IMG/VR virus record: IMGVR_UViG_3300033233_000014
Span: 32,001-96,000 of that record
Source: a virus
Length of the DNA stretch: 64,000 nucleotides
Strand: one strand, 5' to 3'
Position numbers and translations under genes: made by a program. Positions 9,483-17,869 of the stretch are shown piece after piece. Position 1 is the first letter of the stretch, and the number at the start of each line of letters is the position of its first letter. The notes beneath the pieces are model-generated. The model worked only from the letters and a program-made list of their open reading frames with translations. It was not told where the DNA came from and did no database searches.

Positions 9483-11363
9483 TCATACCACGATCACCTG
9501 TCCATCGCTTGTTTTCTTGCGTTGCGGACGTTCCACCTGGATCAACGAGGACCGAGGAACGTTCGGCAGTTCGGGCGTCGGCCGCGCCACCCCCTCGAAG
9601 CCCGGCAGCAACTTGGCGAAGTCCCGGAGCGTGGGCGCCGGGGGTTCCGCCGGCACGTCGAGGTCCGCCGCGAAGTGCTCCTCGAAGGAGTAGTGGAGCA
9701 TGGCACACATCAGGGCGTCCGGCCCGTGGTCCTCCACCTTGATCGGCTTCCCCGTCCGATCGAGCCGATACCGCTTCAACTGCTCGATGAGGCCGTTGAG
9801 ATCCTGACGGATGTGAAATCGCCCCGCCGTCGTGAAGAATTTCGTGACGTTGCCGATGCCGTAGTCCTTGAAACGGTTGAAGGGGACGGCGCGCAGGTCG
9901 AAGCCCGCCTGCTCGACCTCGAGGTTGTTGAACGGGTGGCTCGCGTCCCCGTAGACGTAGAACTTCTCCTGCCCGTATTCCTCGGCCCACGTCCAGAGCA
10001 CCTTGATGGCCTCGGGCGTGAGCTTGCCGGTCATGTAGTGCGCGTCGACGACGATGACGCAGCGGTCGAACGGTGGCCGGAGCGGCATGCCTGCATTCTG
10101 CGCCGATGGCGGGGGCGCGCCCGTCGGCACGTCGCAGAGCAGCGCCAGCACCAGCGCCGTCTGTCCCTCGAGCCCCCAGTCGATGCCGGCCGACTTCTGG
10201 ATCACCCGCGTGCCCTCGGGCGGGAACGTCTCCGGCACCAGCGCCCGCTCGATCCACTCGACGTCGTAGACCGGCCGCATCCAGTCCGGGCGCTCGTTCG
10301 CGTACTCGGTCTCGAAGATGTTGGTGCCGCGGTTCATCTTCTGCGCGGTGAGCACGGCGTGCCGCGTGAGGAAGCCGTGGCCGCTCCGCGCCCGGCCGTG
10401 GCAGCCTTTCACGGATATGCCGATCGGCTTCCCGTCCACGTCGAGTTGCGTCTTCTGCCAGGTGAGCGGGCATTGCTCCCGGCAGAACTTGAGCGCCGTG
10501 GGATCATCGGCCGTCGCCGTCTCGAGGCCCACATCGCAGCGTTCCATCGCCTCGAACACGTCCCAGTTGTAGCGCTTGAAGCCGCGCTCGGAGGCGTAGT
10601 CCCAGATCTCCTGAAAGAGGCCCACCGGGTGGTGGAACGTCGAGACGAGCACCACCATGTGATCCGGCTCCGACATCGCGTTCTGCATGGCGGCCATGAT
10701 GAGCCGGTCGACGCCCTCGGCATCCTGGCAGGACTCGTCGGAGACGAACCCCGGGTTGTGCTTGCCGCGCGCCTGCTTCTCCGACGCCGAGATCAGCTGA
10801 ATCATCGCGCCGGTCTTGAGGCGCGTCATGGTGAGCAGCGGCTCCCCGTCGAGGAAGGCCGCCGAGAGATCCGGGAAGTTGGCCCAGAAGTCCTTCGTGT
10901 AGCGGTAGATGATCTTCGCCTGCTCCTGCGCCCCGGCCATGTTGGTGAAGGACATCCGGTGGTAGATGACCGAGAGCCAGAGCAGGAGCGAGGTGCAGAA
11001 CGATCCGCCCGAGCCGCGGCCCTTCCACACGATCGCAAGCGAATGCCGCCGGAAGAACATGTCGCCGAGGAACTCGACCATCATGGGCGTCAACTTGACC
11101 TTCCGCTGCACGCCGTCCTTGAGGACGCTGAGCTTGGTCTCGATGAACGTCTTCATCTCGTGGTTCTCGCGGGCGATCCGCCGCTCCGGCGTCTCTCCGG
11201 GCGGCGGCGCCCGCAGCAGATCCGGCAACCCGTAGGACGTCGGGTTCTCGGCGACCATGCGCCGCTTGATCTCGGTGTCGATGGACTGCAGCGTAGCCAG
11301 CGAAGCGCGGACTTCCCGCATCTGCTCGCCGGTCGACCGATTCGCGCTAGTCTTCGTGGCCAT
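9483..11363 (-). CDS. terL: Terminase large subunit
   Basis: Walker A-like KGRGSGGS, Walker B FVSDES, motif III VST, RNase H-like nuclease motifs AGIDWG, YGDASH, EDHGPDAL. Confidence 0.85.
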   Translation of the reverse strand: MATKTSANRSTGEQMREVRASLATLQSIDTEIKRRMVAENPTSYGLPDLLRAPPPGETPERRIARENHEMKTFIETKLSVLKDGVQRKVKLTPMMVEFLGDMFFRRHSLAIVWKGRGSGGSFCTSLLLWLSVIYHRMSFTNMAGAQEQAKIIYRYTKDFWANFPDLSAAFLDGEPLLTMTRLKTGAMIQLISASEKQARGKHNPGFVSDESCQDAEGVDRLIMAAMQNAMSEPDHMVVLVSTFHHPVGLFQEIWDYASERGFKRYNWDVFEAMERCDVGLETATADDPTALKFCREQCPLTWQKTQLDVDGKPIGISVKGCHGRARSGHGFLTRHAVLTAQKMNRGTNIFETEYANERPDWMRPVYDVEWIERALVPETFPPEGTRVIQKSAGIDWGLEGQTALVLALLCDVPTGAPPPSAQNAGMPLRPPFDRCVIVVDAHYMTGKLTPEAIKVLWTWAEEYGQEKFYVYGDASHPFNNLEVEQAGFDLRAVPFNRFKDYGIGNVTKFFTTAGRFHIRQDLNGLIEQLKRYRLDRTGKPIKVEDHGPDALMCAMLHYSFEEHFAADLDVPAEPPAPTLRDFAKLLPGFEGVARPTPELPNVPRSSLIQVERPQRKKTSDGQVIVV

Positions 11364-11928
11364 TCGCCTGGGCGCCGTTCGTGCCGTGGCTGGTCAGCGG
11401 GGGCTGCGTCTCCTCTAGGAGCGTACTCTTCGGGGCGGCGACGAGCCCACCGAAGCCCATCCTCGCAATCTGCTCGAGCACCTGCTCCCGCCGCTTCATC
11501 AACTCGACCATCGAGAGCTTCGCCACGTCGATGTCGAGTTGCACCGTCGGCGCCCGCTCGATGATCCCGGCGTCCGTCATGAGCTTGAGCCGCTTCTCAA
11601 TCGCCTGCATGGCGATGAGCAGGTACTGGCTCTTGGCGTGGTGGTTCCCCGCCTGCGAGAAGTGGTACATCGCCTCCTGCTTGAGTTCCTGCATCTCAGC
11701 CGCCGCCACCCCGACCTCGGCGAAGGTGTCGGCGTTGGCCGCCAACTCCCGGAGGTTCTGCCGGATCCACTCCGCATCCGTAGCGACGCACTTGCGTCGG
11801 ACCCCGAGCGTCTTGGCGATGACCGTCTTGTTGATGCCCCGCATCAAGAGACGGAAGACCTCGAGGCGGCGGTTGCGCGTCTCTTCAGCGGACGGCTTGC
11901 GGTCGTAGCGCCGGAAAGTGGCCGGCAT
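11347..11928 (-). CDS. terS: Terminase small subunit (HTH)
   Basis: N-terminal HTH (NKTVIAKTLGVRRKCVATD), helical body, directly upstream of terL. Confidence 0.65.
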   Translation of the reverse strand: MPATFRRYDRKPSAEETRNRRLEVFRLLMRGINKTVIAKTLGVRRKCVATDAEWIRQNLRELAANADTFAEVGVAAAEMQELKQEAMYHFSQAGNHHAKSQYLLIAMQAIEKRLKLMTDAGIIERAPTVQLDIDVAKLSMVELMKRREQVLEQIARMGFGGLVAAPKSTLLEETQPPLTSHGTNGAQANGHED

Positions 11929-11972
11929 CGCAGCCCTACCCTACTGGACGTCCGCGTCCGACAGCAAGCACG

Positions 11973-12377
11973 CTACGCCTCCGCCTTGGGCTTCTTCCGC
12001 ACTCCCACACCCTTCGCCACCTCGGTCCGGATGAACTTGATCGCGTAGGAGTTGGCCGTGCCGTCCGGGTAGATGAGCCGGAAGGCGATCGCGCGCTGGA
12101 GCAGCGGATCGAGCCGGATGACCTCGATCTGGAGCACCGCCGCCAGATCCTCCCGCTTGAAGCGCGTGCCGCCCCAGAGCCACTCCCAGCGCAGGGCCTC
12201 CTCCGTCGGAGGCGCTTTCTCGGGCTCGGTGAACTCCACTGGCGTGAGGGACCAGGCCACGACCAGGTTCCGCAGGATCGGATCGGCGAGCAGCGGGTGG
12301 ATGACCTCCATCCGCGCATCCTCCTGCGTCCGGAAGATCCGGAGGATCTCGCTCGCGCGGGCGTTCACGCTGTCCAT
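11973..12377 (-). CDS. Hypothetical protein
   Basis: ATG at 12377 (MDSVNARASE), coupled to the upstream gene. Confidence 0.6.
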   Translation of the reverse strand: MDSVNARASEILRIFRTQEDARMEVIHPLLADPILRNLVVAWSLTPVEFTEPEKAPPTEEALRWEWLWGGTRFKREDLAAVLQIEVIRLDPLLQRAIAFRLIYPDGTANSYAIKFIRTEVAKGVGVRKKPKAEA

Positions 12378-13036
12378 CGCAACCGCAGTCCCATGTAGAG
12401 GTAGAGTTCGTTCCAGTCCCACCGCACCCCGATGCCCGGCTGATAGGTGAAGCGGATCCGGGCCGCCTCGATGACCTTGAAGCCGCGCTCGATGGCGTAG
12501 GCCAGCATTGCGTTCATCGTGAAGGGCGCGATGACGCGCGAGTGCCAGATCTTCCACCCCTCCGGAATCCCGATGCGCTGGCGCACAACCTGGGACATCC
12601 GGCCGACGGCGTTGTTCACCGGCACGTTGCAGTAGGTGAGGAAGACCGTGATCTCCTCACCCTTGAAGCTCTCGAGCAGCGCCTCCCAGATCACCCACGG
12701 CTCGCCGTAGGTGTCGATGTCGACGACGTCCGCCTCCCACGCCGTCTGCGCGAGCCAGCGCTCGGCCGTGATCTTCACGATGGCGCCCCCGACGCGCTTC
12801 TTGTCGAGCCCCAGGTACTGGACCGCGTACTCCTGGCGGAGTTGCGTCCAGATGGCCTGCTTCTCCCCGGCACAGCAGTCGATCACCCGGAAGGATTTGG
12901 CCCTCGGCATCGGGTACTTGGTGAGGAAGTAGCGCCGCAGCGCGAGCTTCTCCGGCAGGTACTGGTTGTCCTGCTGCCCGCCGATGCGCAGGGGCGCCGT
13001 GGTGACGTGGATCGACTTCCCGGCCGGCGCGCTCAT
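12365..13036 (-). CDS. Class I SAM-dependent methyltransferase-like protein
   Basis: VIDCCAGE (motif I-like), YLGLD, DVVDIDTYG. Confidence 0.55.
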   Translation of the reverse strand: MSAPAGKSIHVTTAPLRIGGQQDNQYLPEKLALRRYFLTKYPMPRAKSFRVIDCCAGEKQAIWTQLRQEYAVQYLGLDKKRVGGAIVKITAERWLAQTAWEADVVDIDTYGEPWVIWEALLESFKGEEITVFLTYCNVPVNNAVGRMSQVVRQRIGIPEGWKIWHSRVIAPFTMNAMLAYAIERGFKVIEAARIRFTYQPGIGVRWDWNELYLYMGLRLRWTA

Positions 13037-13611
13037 CGAATGATCTGGTCGTACATCACACCCTCGACCTTGCTGATGGCCTCGAGGTGCGGTGCGATCT
13101 CCGAGAGACGTCCTGCTGGGATGGCCACGAGCGCCCAGACCATCTGCGGGGGTGGCGCCACCAGCACCTGATCGATGGCGAACTGCCGCTGCGCCCGCTT
13201 CTCCTCAGCCTCGAGCTTCGCCTGCAGTTCCTCGACGAGATCGTCCGCGCGCAGCCCCTTCAACACGTCGTCGGCCACGCCATCGAGCACGGCCTGGAGA
13301 TCCGACGTCCACTCTCCCTGCAGTTTCGGGTTGTTCAGCGTGACGTTGAGTGCCTTCTCCTCGTCGTCGGTGAGTGCGATGAGCGCGACCGGCACCTCCG
13401 TCGCTCCCGTCTCCCGGAGCGCCACGAGCCGCTGGTGGCCGCCGACGACGTGCATGTTCCGCTGGTTGACCACGATCTCCTGCACCATCCCGAACCGCTC
13501 GATGGACGTCCGCAGGCCCGCCTTGGCCTCGTCGGACATCTTCCGCGGGTTGTAGGGCGAGGGGACGAGACGCTCGAGGGGCAGCGTCGTGCGCTCAACC
13601 GCGCGGGGCAT
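13033..13611 (-). CDS. ParB/Srx N-terminal domain protein
   Basis: LVPSPYNPRKM...SIERFGMVQEIVVN...VVGGHQRL. Confidence 0.85.
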   Translation of the reverse strand: MPRAVERTTLPLERLVPSPYNPRKMSDEAKAGLRTSIERFGMVQEIVVNQRNMHVVGGHQRLVALRETGATEVPVALIALTDDEEKALNVTLNNPKLQGEWTSDLQAVLDGVADDVLKGLRADDLVEELQAKLEAEEKRAQRQFAIDQVLVAPPPQMVWALVAIPAGRLSEIAPHLEAISKVEGVMYDQIIR

Positions 13612-13655
13612 GACAGAAGTGTACCCGTTGGGAGCAAAGATGGGAGCCCCTTGTC

Positions 13656-13676
13656 GACTGCAGACCGTCTGCAGTC
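13656..13676. repeat. 21-bp palindrome GACTGCAGAC-N-GTCTGCAGTC (copy 1)
   Basis: Perfect inverted repeat; recurs at 28569 and 57858. Confidence 0.8.
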
Positions 13677-13678
13677 GG

Positions 13679-13933
13679 CTACGGCATCCATCCGACCAGC
13701 CGCACGAACTCGTGCCAGCCGCACCCCTTGTAGGGACACACGCAACTCGGCGTCACGGTCCCGTCGGCCGCAATCTGGTGAATCGTGGGCGTCTGCAAGG
13801 TGCCCTCGTGCCCGTTCCCGCAGGACAGCAACACCAGGACGCTGTTGCCTGGCTGCAGGGGCCCGTCCCAGGTGAGCGGCGGACACCAGCCCGGATAGCC
13901 GCGGTTCGGCGGCGCCCGATGAAGGTCGACCAT
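13679..13933 (-). CDS. Small Cys/His zinc-binding protein (DUF6527-like), paralog 1
   Basis: CGNGH...HQIAADGTVTPSCVC...CGWHEFVRLVGW. Confidence 0.65.
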   Translation of the reverse strand: MVDLHRAPPNRGYPGWCPPLTWDGPLQPGNSVLVLLSCGNGHEGTLQTPTIHQIAADGTVTPSCVCPYKGCGWHEFVRLVGWMP

Positions 13934-13935
13934 CG

Positions 13936-14175
13936 TCAGGTATCCCACCCGATCAACCGGACGACCTCGTGCCAGCCACAACCTTGCGCCGGGCACACGA
14001 GGCTGGGCGAGACGGTGCCGTCGGCCGCGATGTTGTGATCCGAGAGGCTGGCGACATGCCCGTTGCCGCACGCCACGTTCGCGCTGCGGTGGCCGTCGGG
14101 GAAGCGTGCCCCGCGCCACGACGGGTGCTTCCGCGCCAGCCAGAAGTCGCCCGGGTCGGCCTGCGGGATGTCCAT
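13936..14175 (-). CDS. Small Cys/His zinc-binding protein (DUF6527-like), paralog 2
   Basis: CGNGH...HNIAADGTVSPSLVC...CGWHEVVRLIGW. Confidence 0.65.
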   Translation of the reverse strand: MDIPQADPGDFWLARKHPSWRGARFPDGHRSANVACGNGHVASLSDHNIAADGTVSPSLVCPAQGCGWHEVVRLIGWDT

Positions 14176-14268
14176 GCGGGCCAGTCTACGACTCGCCCGT
14201 CGCGCAGTACCACCTGGTACCTGCTGGTACCGTCGGAGACACGAGGCCTCTCCGCGGGCGTTGATCGT

Positions 14269-14345
14269 TGGTACCGAGGGCGGGAGTCGCACCCGCCTTA
14301 GCCTCCTTATGAGGGAGGTGCCTCATGCTGCTCGGCCACCTCGGC
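14269..14345 (-). tRNA. tRNA-Met/Ile2 (CAT)
   Basis: Cloverleaf, CCTCC-CTCATAA-GGAGG, encoded CCA. Confidence 0.85.
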
Positions 14346-14420
14346 TGGTGGAGTGGGCCGGTTTTGCGCCGACGTGCCCCGGTCTTCAGCCGGGTGCTCT
14401 ACTGATTGAGCTACCACTCC
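14346..14420 (-). tRNA. tRNA-Phe (GAA)
   Basis: CCCGG-CTGAAGA-CCGGG, CCA, atypical T loop. Confidence 0.8.
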
Positions 14421-14426
14421 AAAAAG

Positions 14427-14567
14427 ATCGGAACCGACAAGGGATGCCGAGAGAACGAAGCGCTCTGCCGTTGAGCTACGGCACCGGGTTGCCCCGGCAC
14501 CGGCGGGAATCGAACCCGCACCTCTCTTTTGTGAAAAGATGTACTCCCGACTGCATCCGGTTCCGAC
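14427..14567 (-). ncRNA. Y RNA copy 1 (YrlA-like, permuted tRNA-like domain)
   Basis: 5' CCGGATG-CA-GTCGGGAGTACA pairs with 3' CTCTCGGC-ATCC-CTTGTCGG; inside: T arm (GCGGG TTCGATT CCCGC), loop-closed acceptor stem, then D arm; near Ro60 gene. Confidence 0.8.
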
Positions 14568-14583
14568 CAGCGATGTCAAAAAA

Positions 14584-14677
14584 GTAGGGGCCGACAAGGG
14601 TTGCCGAGAGAACCCGGGGTTGCCCCCGGAGATTTACTACAGATGTAAATGTACTCCCGACTTCATCCGGCCCCTAC
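14584..14677 (-). ncRNA. Y RNA copy 2 (two small hairpins, no tRNA domain)
   Basis: Same closing stem motif; internal TTTAC/GTAAA hairpin and GCAA-tetraloop hairpin. Confidence 0.7.
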
Positions 14678-15115
14678 CGATGAACGCATCTCTTGAAGGA
14701 TTCGATAGCGGACGTGCCTGAGTTGCTTCGCCGTCTTGCGTCGATGGCAGTTGGCGCATCGCACGTCACACTTCTCGATCTCCTCGATCAACCTCTCCTT
14801 TCTTACCCGTGAGACTAGAAGGCTCACGGTCATGATCTTCTTCTCTGGATCTCGATGATCGAAGTCAAGGACAAGAGGATCCGGCTCTCCGCAGTCCACG
14901 CACGGATGCACGAGGAGGTACGCAACAACAAATCTCCGGTTCCTCTCAACAAGCTTCTGCTTCGACTTGTTGCCCTTCCAGACGTAGTACGCTCGGTTGC
15001 TTCGGTAGTGGGTCTTCTTGTATTCGAGCCGGCACCTCCGGCACTTCCCGTCCTTCGTCTTGTTCTTTCCGACGCGAGGCCGGCCACACTTCCGACACGG
15101 CCTCGTCTTCTGCAC
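14663..15115 (-). CDS. HNH endonuclease (homing-type, Zn-binding)
   Basis: CVDCG...LDFDHRDP...EIEKCDVRCANCHRRKT. Confidence 0.85.
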   Translation of the reverse strand: MQKTRPCRKCGRPRVGKNKTKDGKCRRCRLEYKKTHYRSNRAYYVWKGNKSKQKLVERNRRFVVAYLLVHPCVDCGEPDPLVLDFDHRDPEKKIMTVSLLVSRVRKERLIEEIEKCDVRCANCHRRKTAKQLRHVRYRILQEMRSSVGAG

Positions 15116-15189
15116 GAAGCCAGTCTACGCTACGGGAGAGAATGCCGCAAGGCAAGATTCTCCCCGAGCATCCGGCCCCTACCCGTTCG

Positions 15190-16902
15190 TTACTCCTCCT
15201 TCACCGGCTCCGCCGGCTCCACCGTCTCCTCGTGCTTCTCCTCCGCCTCGCCCGTGTCCGTGGCCGCGAGATCGAGCGCCTCGACCTTCGCCAGCCAATG
15301 CTCGGCCGCCAGCGTGCCGCGCGCGAACTCGGCCAGGATCTCGAACACCGCGTCCGAGAACCCGCCGATGTTGAGCGTGTCCGGCTGCTCCGGCGCCTGC
15401 ACCGTCGTGTACGCCTGCAGGTTGATGCAGACCAGCCGCGCCTTCGGGTTCCGGCTCTTGAAGGTCGCCCACTCGTCGGCCACACCGCTGCTCTGCCCGT
15501 AGAGTCCGGTGCCCGCGTAGGCGTGCGTGTCCACCCACGACTCCATGTCGGAGACGATGATGACGAGGTCGCCCTTGCCCTTCTTGCCGTTGATCATCCG
15601 GAGCACCGAGGCGCAGTCCGTCCCGCCCCCGCCGTACTTGGCGAGCTTCTGGGCGTTCGTGAGCACCGTGTCCCGCGGGTTGAGCGTCGCCGTGTGCGGC
15701 ACGGTGTCGAACGGGATGACCTCGGCCTCGTGGTTCTTCCGCAGGATGGCCGACGCGATGAGCGCCGCCACGTCCACGCACCGCGCCACCGTCGTCGCCC
15801 CCACGCCCCGCGCGCCCGTGATCGGCGAGGACATCGAGCCCGACACGTCGACGCAGACGTAGACCTTCCCCTCAAGCGCCGGCACGTTCTCCGTGGCGAC
15901 CTCGAGCGCATCCTGCAGCGCCTCCGTGACCGCCTTCGGGATCCGCCCCTCGATGAACTGGCCCTTCGCGTCCCGCACCTGCCCCGTGGTCGCGAGATAG
16001 GAGACGAGCAACTGGTACGGGAACACCTTGGCCTTCCGAATCGTCTCCGGGTCGCGGAGCTTCCCCGCGATCTCCGCGGTGAGCCCCTCGACCTCGAAGA
16101 CGCCCTTGCGGGCGTAGTTGTTGAGGTTGATCCGGGTCTGGTGGAACCAGCCGCGCCGGGCCACCGCCACCCAATGCTCCCGGGTGAGCGGCAGGCTGGT
16201 CAGCATCTGCATCGGCACGTCCGGCGCGTCCTTGCCCGCCGGATCCTTCTTGAACGCCTCGTACTCCCGGATGGCCGCTGGCAGCCGCGGATCGTCGCCC
16301 GCGACCTTCCCGATGAGCCAGCCGTAGAGCGCCGTCGCCGCCTCGCCCATCGGCTTCGGCCGGGCCAACTTGATGATGTCCCCGAGCGACGGGTTGGTGC
16401 CCACGCTGTCCCGCAGGAGGACGTGGGGCCGCCGGACTGCGAACCAGGCGTGGATGAGCCGCCGGACGACGCCCTTGAGCGCCCGGTGCTTGCCCATCTT
16501 GCCGCTTCGCAGGATCTGGACGACGTTGCGGAGCATCTTCCCGTTCGTGACAACGTGCGGCCACGCCCGCTCGAACCACTTCGCGCCCTCCGCCCCCTGG
16601 TTGCGGAGCCACGCGAGCAGGACGGCCGGCATGTCCTTCATGAAGCCGCGCTGCCGGGCGTAGACCGCCACCTTGGCGACGAACTCGGGCGTCACGTCGA
16701 CGTGCTTGAGCAGGATGAGGACGGTGTCGAGTTGCGCCTCGCCGCTGGCGTAGAACGCCTCGCCGAGGCAGCCCGTGGCCGCCAACTGGGCGAGCGCGTG
16801 CCGCGGGGTGAGCGTGTACGCCAGCCCGCCGGCCTCGTTGCGATCGGTCGTCTCGGGCGGGGTGGCCCCCCGCCGGGACTGGAACAGGGACTTGTTTGCC
16901 AT
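15190..16902 (-). CDS. rsr: Ro60/TROVE domain RNA-binding protein (Rsr) with vWA domain
   Basis: NEAGGLAY...LAQLAATGC N-terminus, KVFPYQLL, vWA MIDAS VDVSGSM, GGGTDC, IIVSDMESW, IGGFSDAVF. Confidence 0.92.
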   Translation of the reverse strand: MANKSLFQSRRGATPPETTDRNEAGGLAYTLTPRHALAQLAATGCLGEAFYASGEAQLDTVLILLKHVDVTPEFVAKVAVYARQRGFMKDMPAVLLAWLRNQGAEGAKWFERAWPHVVTNGKMLRNVVQILRSGKMGKHRALKGVVRRLIHAWFAVRRPHVLLRDSVGTNPSLGDIIKLARPKPMGEAATALYGWLIGKVAGDDPRLPAAIREYEAFKKDPAGKDAPDVPMQMLTSLPLTREHWVAVARRGWFHQTRINLNNYARKGVFEVEGLTAEIAGKLRDPETIRKAKVFPYQLLVSYLATTGQVRDAKGQFIEGRIPKAVTEALQDALEVATENVPALEGKVYVCVDVSGSMSSPITGARGVGATTVARCVDVAALIASAILRKNHEAEVIPFDTVPHTATLNPRDTVLTNAQKLAKYGGGGTDCASVLRMINGKKGKGDLVIIVSDMESWVDTHAYAGTGLYGQSSGVADEWATFKSRNPKARLVCINLQAYTTVQAPEQPDTLNIGGFSDAVFEILAEFARGTLAAEHWLAKVEALDLAATDTGEAEEKHEETVEPAEPVKEE

Positions 16903-16983
16903 CGGTCTATCCTCCTTCTCTGGGATTTACAGAAGTGTACACGAAGGGAAACACTCAATCCACTCGAAAGGTTCATCCGAATC

Positions 16984-17058
16984 TGGGGTGACCGGCGAGA
17001 GTCGCACTCGCGCGGCGAGAGTCACAGTCTCGTGCCCTACTGTTAGGCGACGGTCACC
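16984..17058 (-). tRNA. tRNA-His (GTG)
   Basis: CGAGA-CTGTGAC-TCTCG, G-1 present, CCA. Confidence 0.88.
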
Positions 17059-17080
17059 ATCGTCGCGTCGATCCGCGGGC

Positions 17081-17155
17081 TGGAGCTGAAGGTGGGATTT
17101 GCACCCACATAGCCCGCCTTACGAGAGCGGTGCATCGCTGTTCTGCCACTTCAGC
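17081..17155 (-). tRNA. tRNA-Thr (CGT)
   Basis: CCGCT-CTCGTAA-GGCGG, CCA. Confidence 0.88.
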
Positions 17156-17158
17156 ATC

Positions 17159-17232
17159 TGGGGCCCAAGGGCGGGATCGCACCGCCGCTGGCGAGGTACA
17201 GGCTCGCCGTGCTGCTGCTACACCACTCGGGC
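17159..17232 (-). tRNA. tRNA-Thr (TGT), C33 variant
   Basis: GCGAG-CCTGTAC-CTCGC, CCA, flanked by the other Thr tRNAs. Confidence 0.8.
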
Positions 17233-17308
17233 TGGAGCCACCGGCGGGAATCGGACCCGCGACCTCCTCCTTACCAAGGAGGCGCTCTTCCATCTGAGCT
17301 ACAGCGGC
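17233..17308 (-). tRNA. tRNA-Thr (GGT)
   Basis: CCTCC-TTGGTAA-GGAGG, CCA. Confidence 0.9.
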
Positions 17309-17382
17309 TGGCTGCCCCGGTACGATTCGAACGTACACGGCGAGGGTCAAAGCCTCGCGGCCTACCATTAGCCGACAGGGCA
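17309..17382 (-). tRNA. tRNA-Gln (TTG)
   Basis: CGAGG-CTTTGAC-CCTCG, U1-A72, CCA. Confidence 0.9.
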
Positions 17383-17478
17383 GAAGTCGCCGAAGACAGT
17401 CGGGCGCGCTGGACTGCGGGGTATCCCTCCCTCGACTCCCGCTTCTCGGCGGAAGCCGAGGTAGGGATCCCGCAGATC

Positions 17479-17553
17479 TGGAGCGGCCAGCGGGTTTCGC
17501 ACCCGCGACTTCCAGGTTGGGAACCTGGCGCTCTACTACTGAGCTACGGCCGC
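17479..17553 (-). tRNA. tRNA-Gly (CCC)
   Basis: CCAGG-TTCCCAA-CCTGG, CCA. Confidence 0.9.
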
Positions 17554-17735
17554 ATGCATGCGCCAGAGACAGCTGGCGCCCCCTGGCCCGCGTATCGCCG
17601 CAGCGCCAACGAGAGCCCCTCGTGAGCACCGCTACGCATCACCGTCGTGCGTTGGCCCCGTGTGAATCTTGGATCGTGAAGTCGACGGCCGTCAGCGAAC
17701 ACTTGGGGGTTCCAAGGTTGCTGACCCCACAGAAC

Positions 17736-17809
17736 TGGAGCGGGCCGCGAGAATCGAACTCGCGTCCTCGGGTTGGAGGCCCGACGCCTTGCCACTAGAC
17801 GAGGCCCGC
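17736..17809 (-). tRNA. tRNA-Gly (TCC), C33 variant
   Basis: TCGGG-CCTCCAA-CCCGA, CCA. Confidence 0.85.
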
Positions 17810-17869
17810 ATCGTGCGCCGGCCTGCCTCAGCATGCCAGCGCCTCTCGAGACAGCGAGAGCCTGAAGAG

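Noticed and set aside
12-11564. Very long plus-strand ORFs (12-2024, 3743-5995, 5811-9161, 9522-11564, and similar ones such as 15142-17046)
   Set aside because: Arg/Pro-rich antisense shadows of real minus-strand genes, expected in high-GC DNA; no recognisable motifs.
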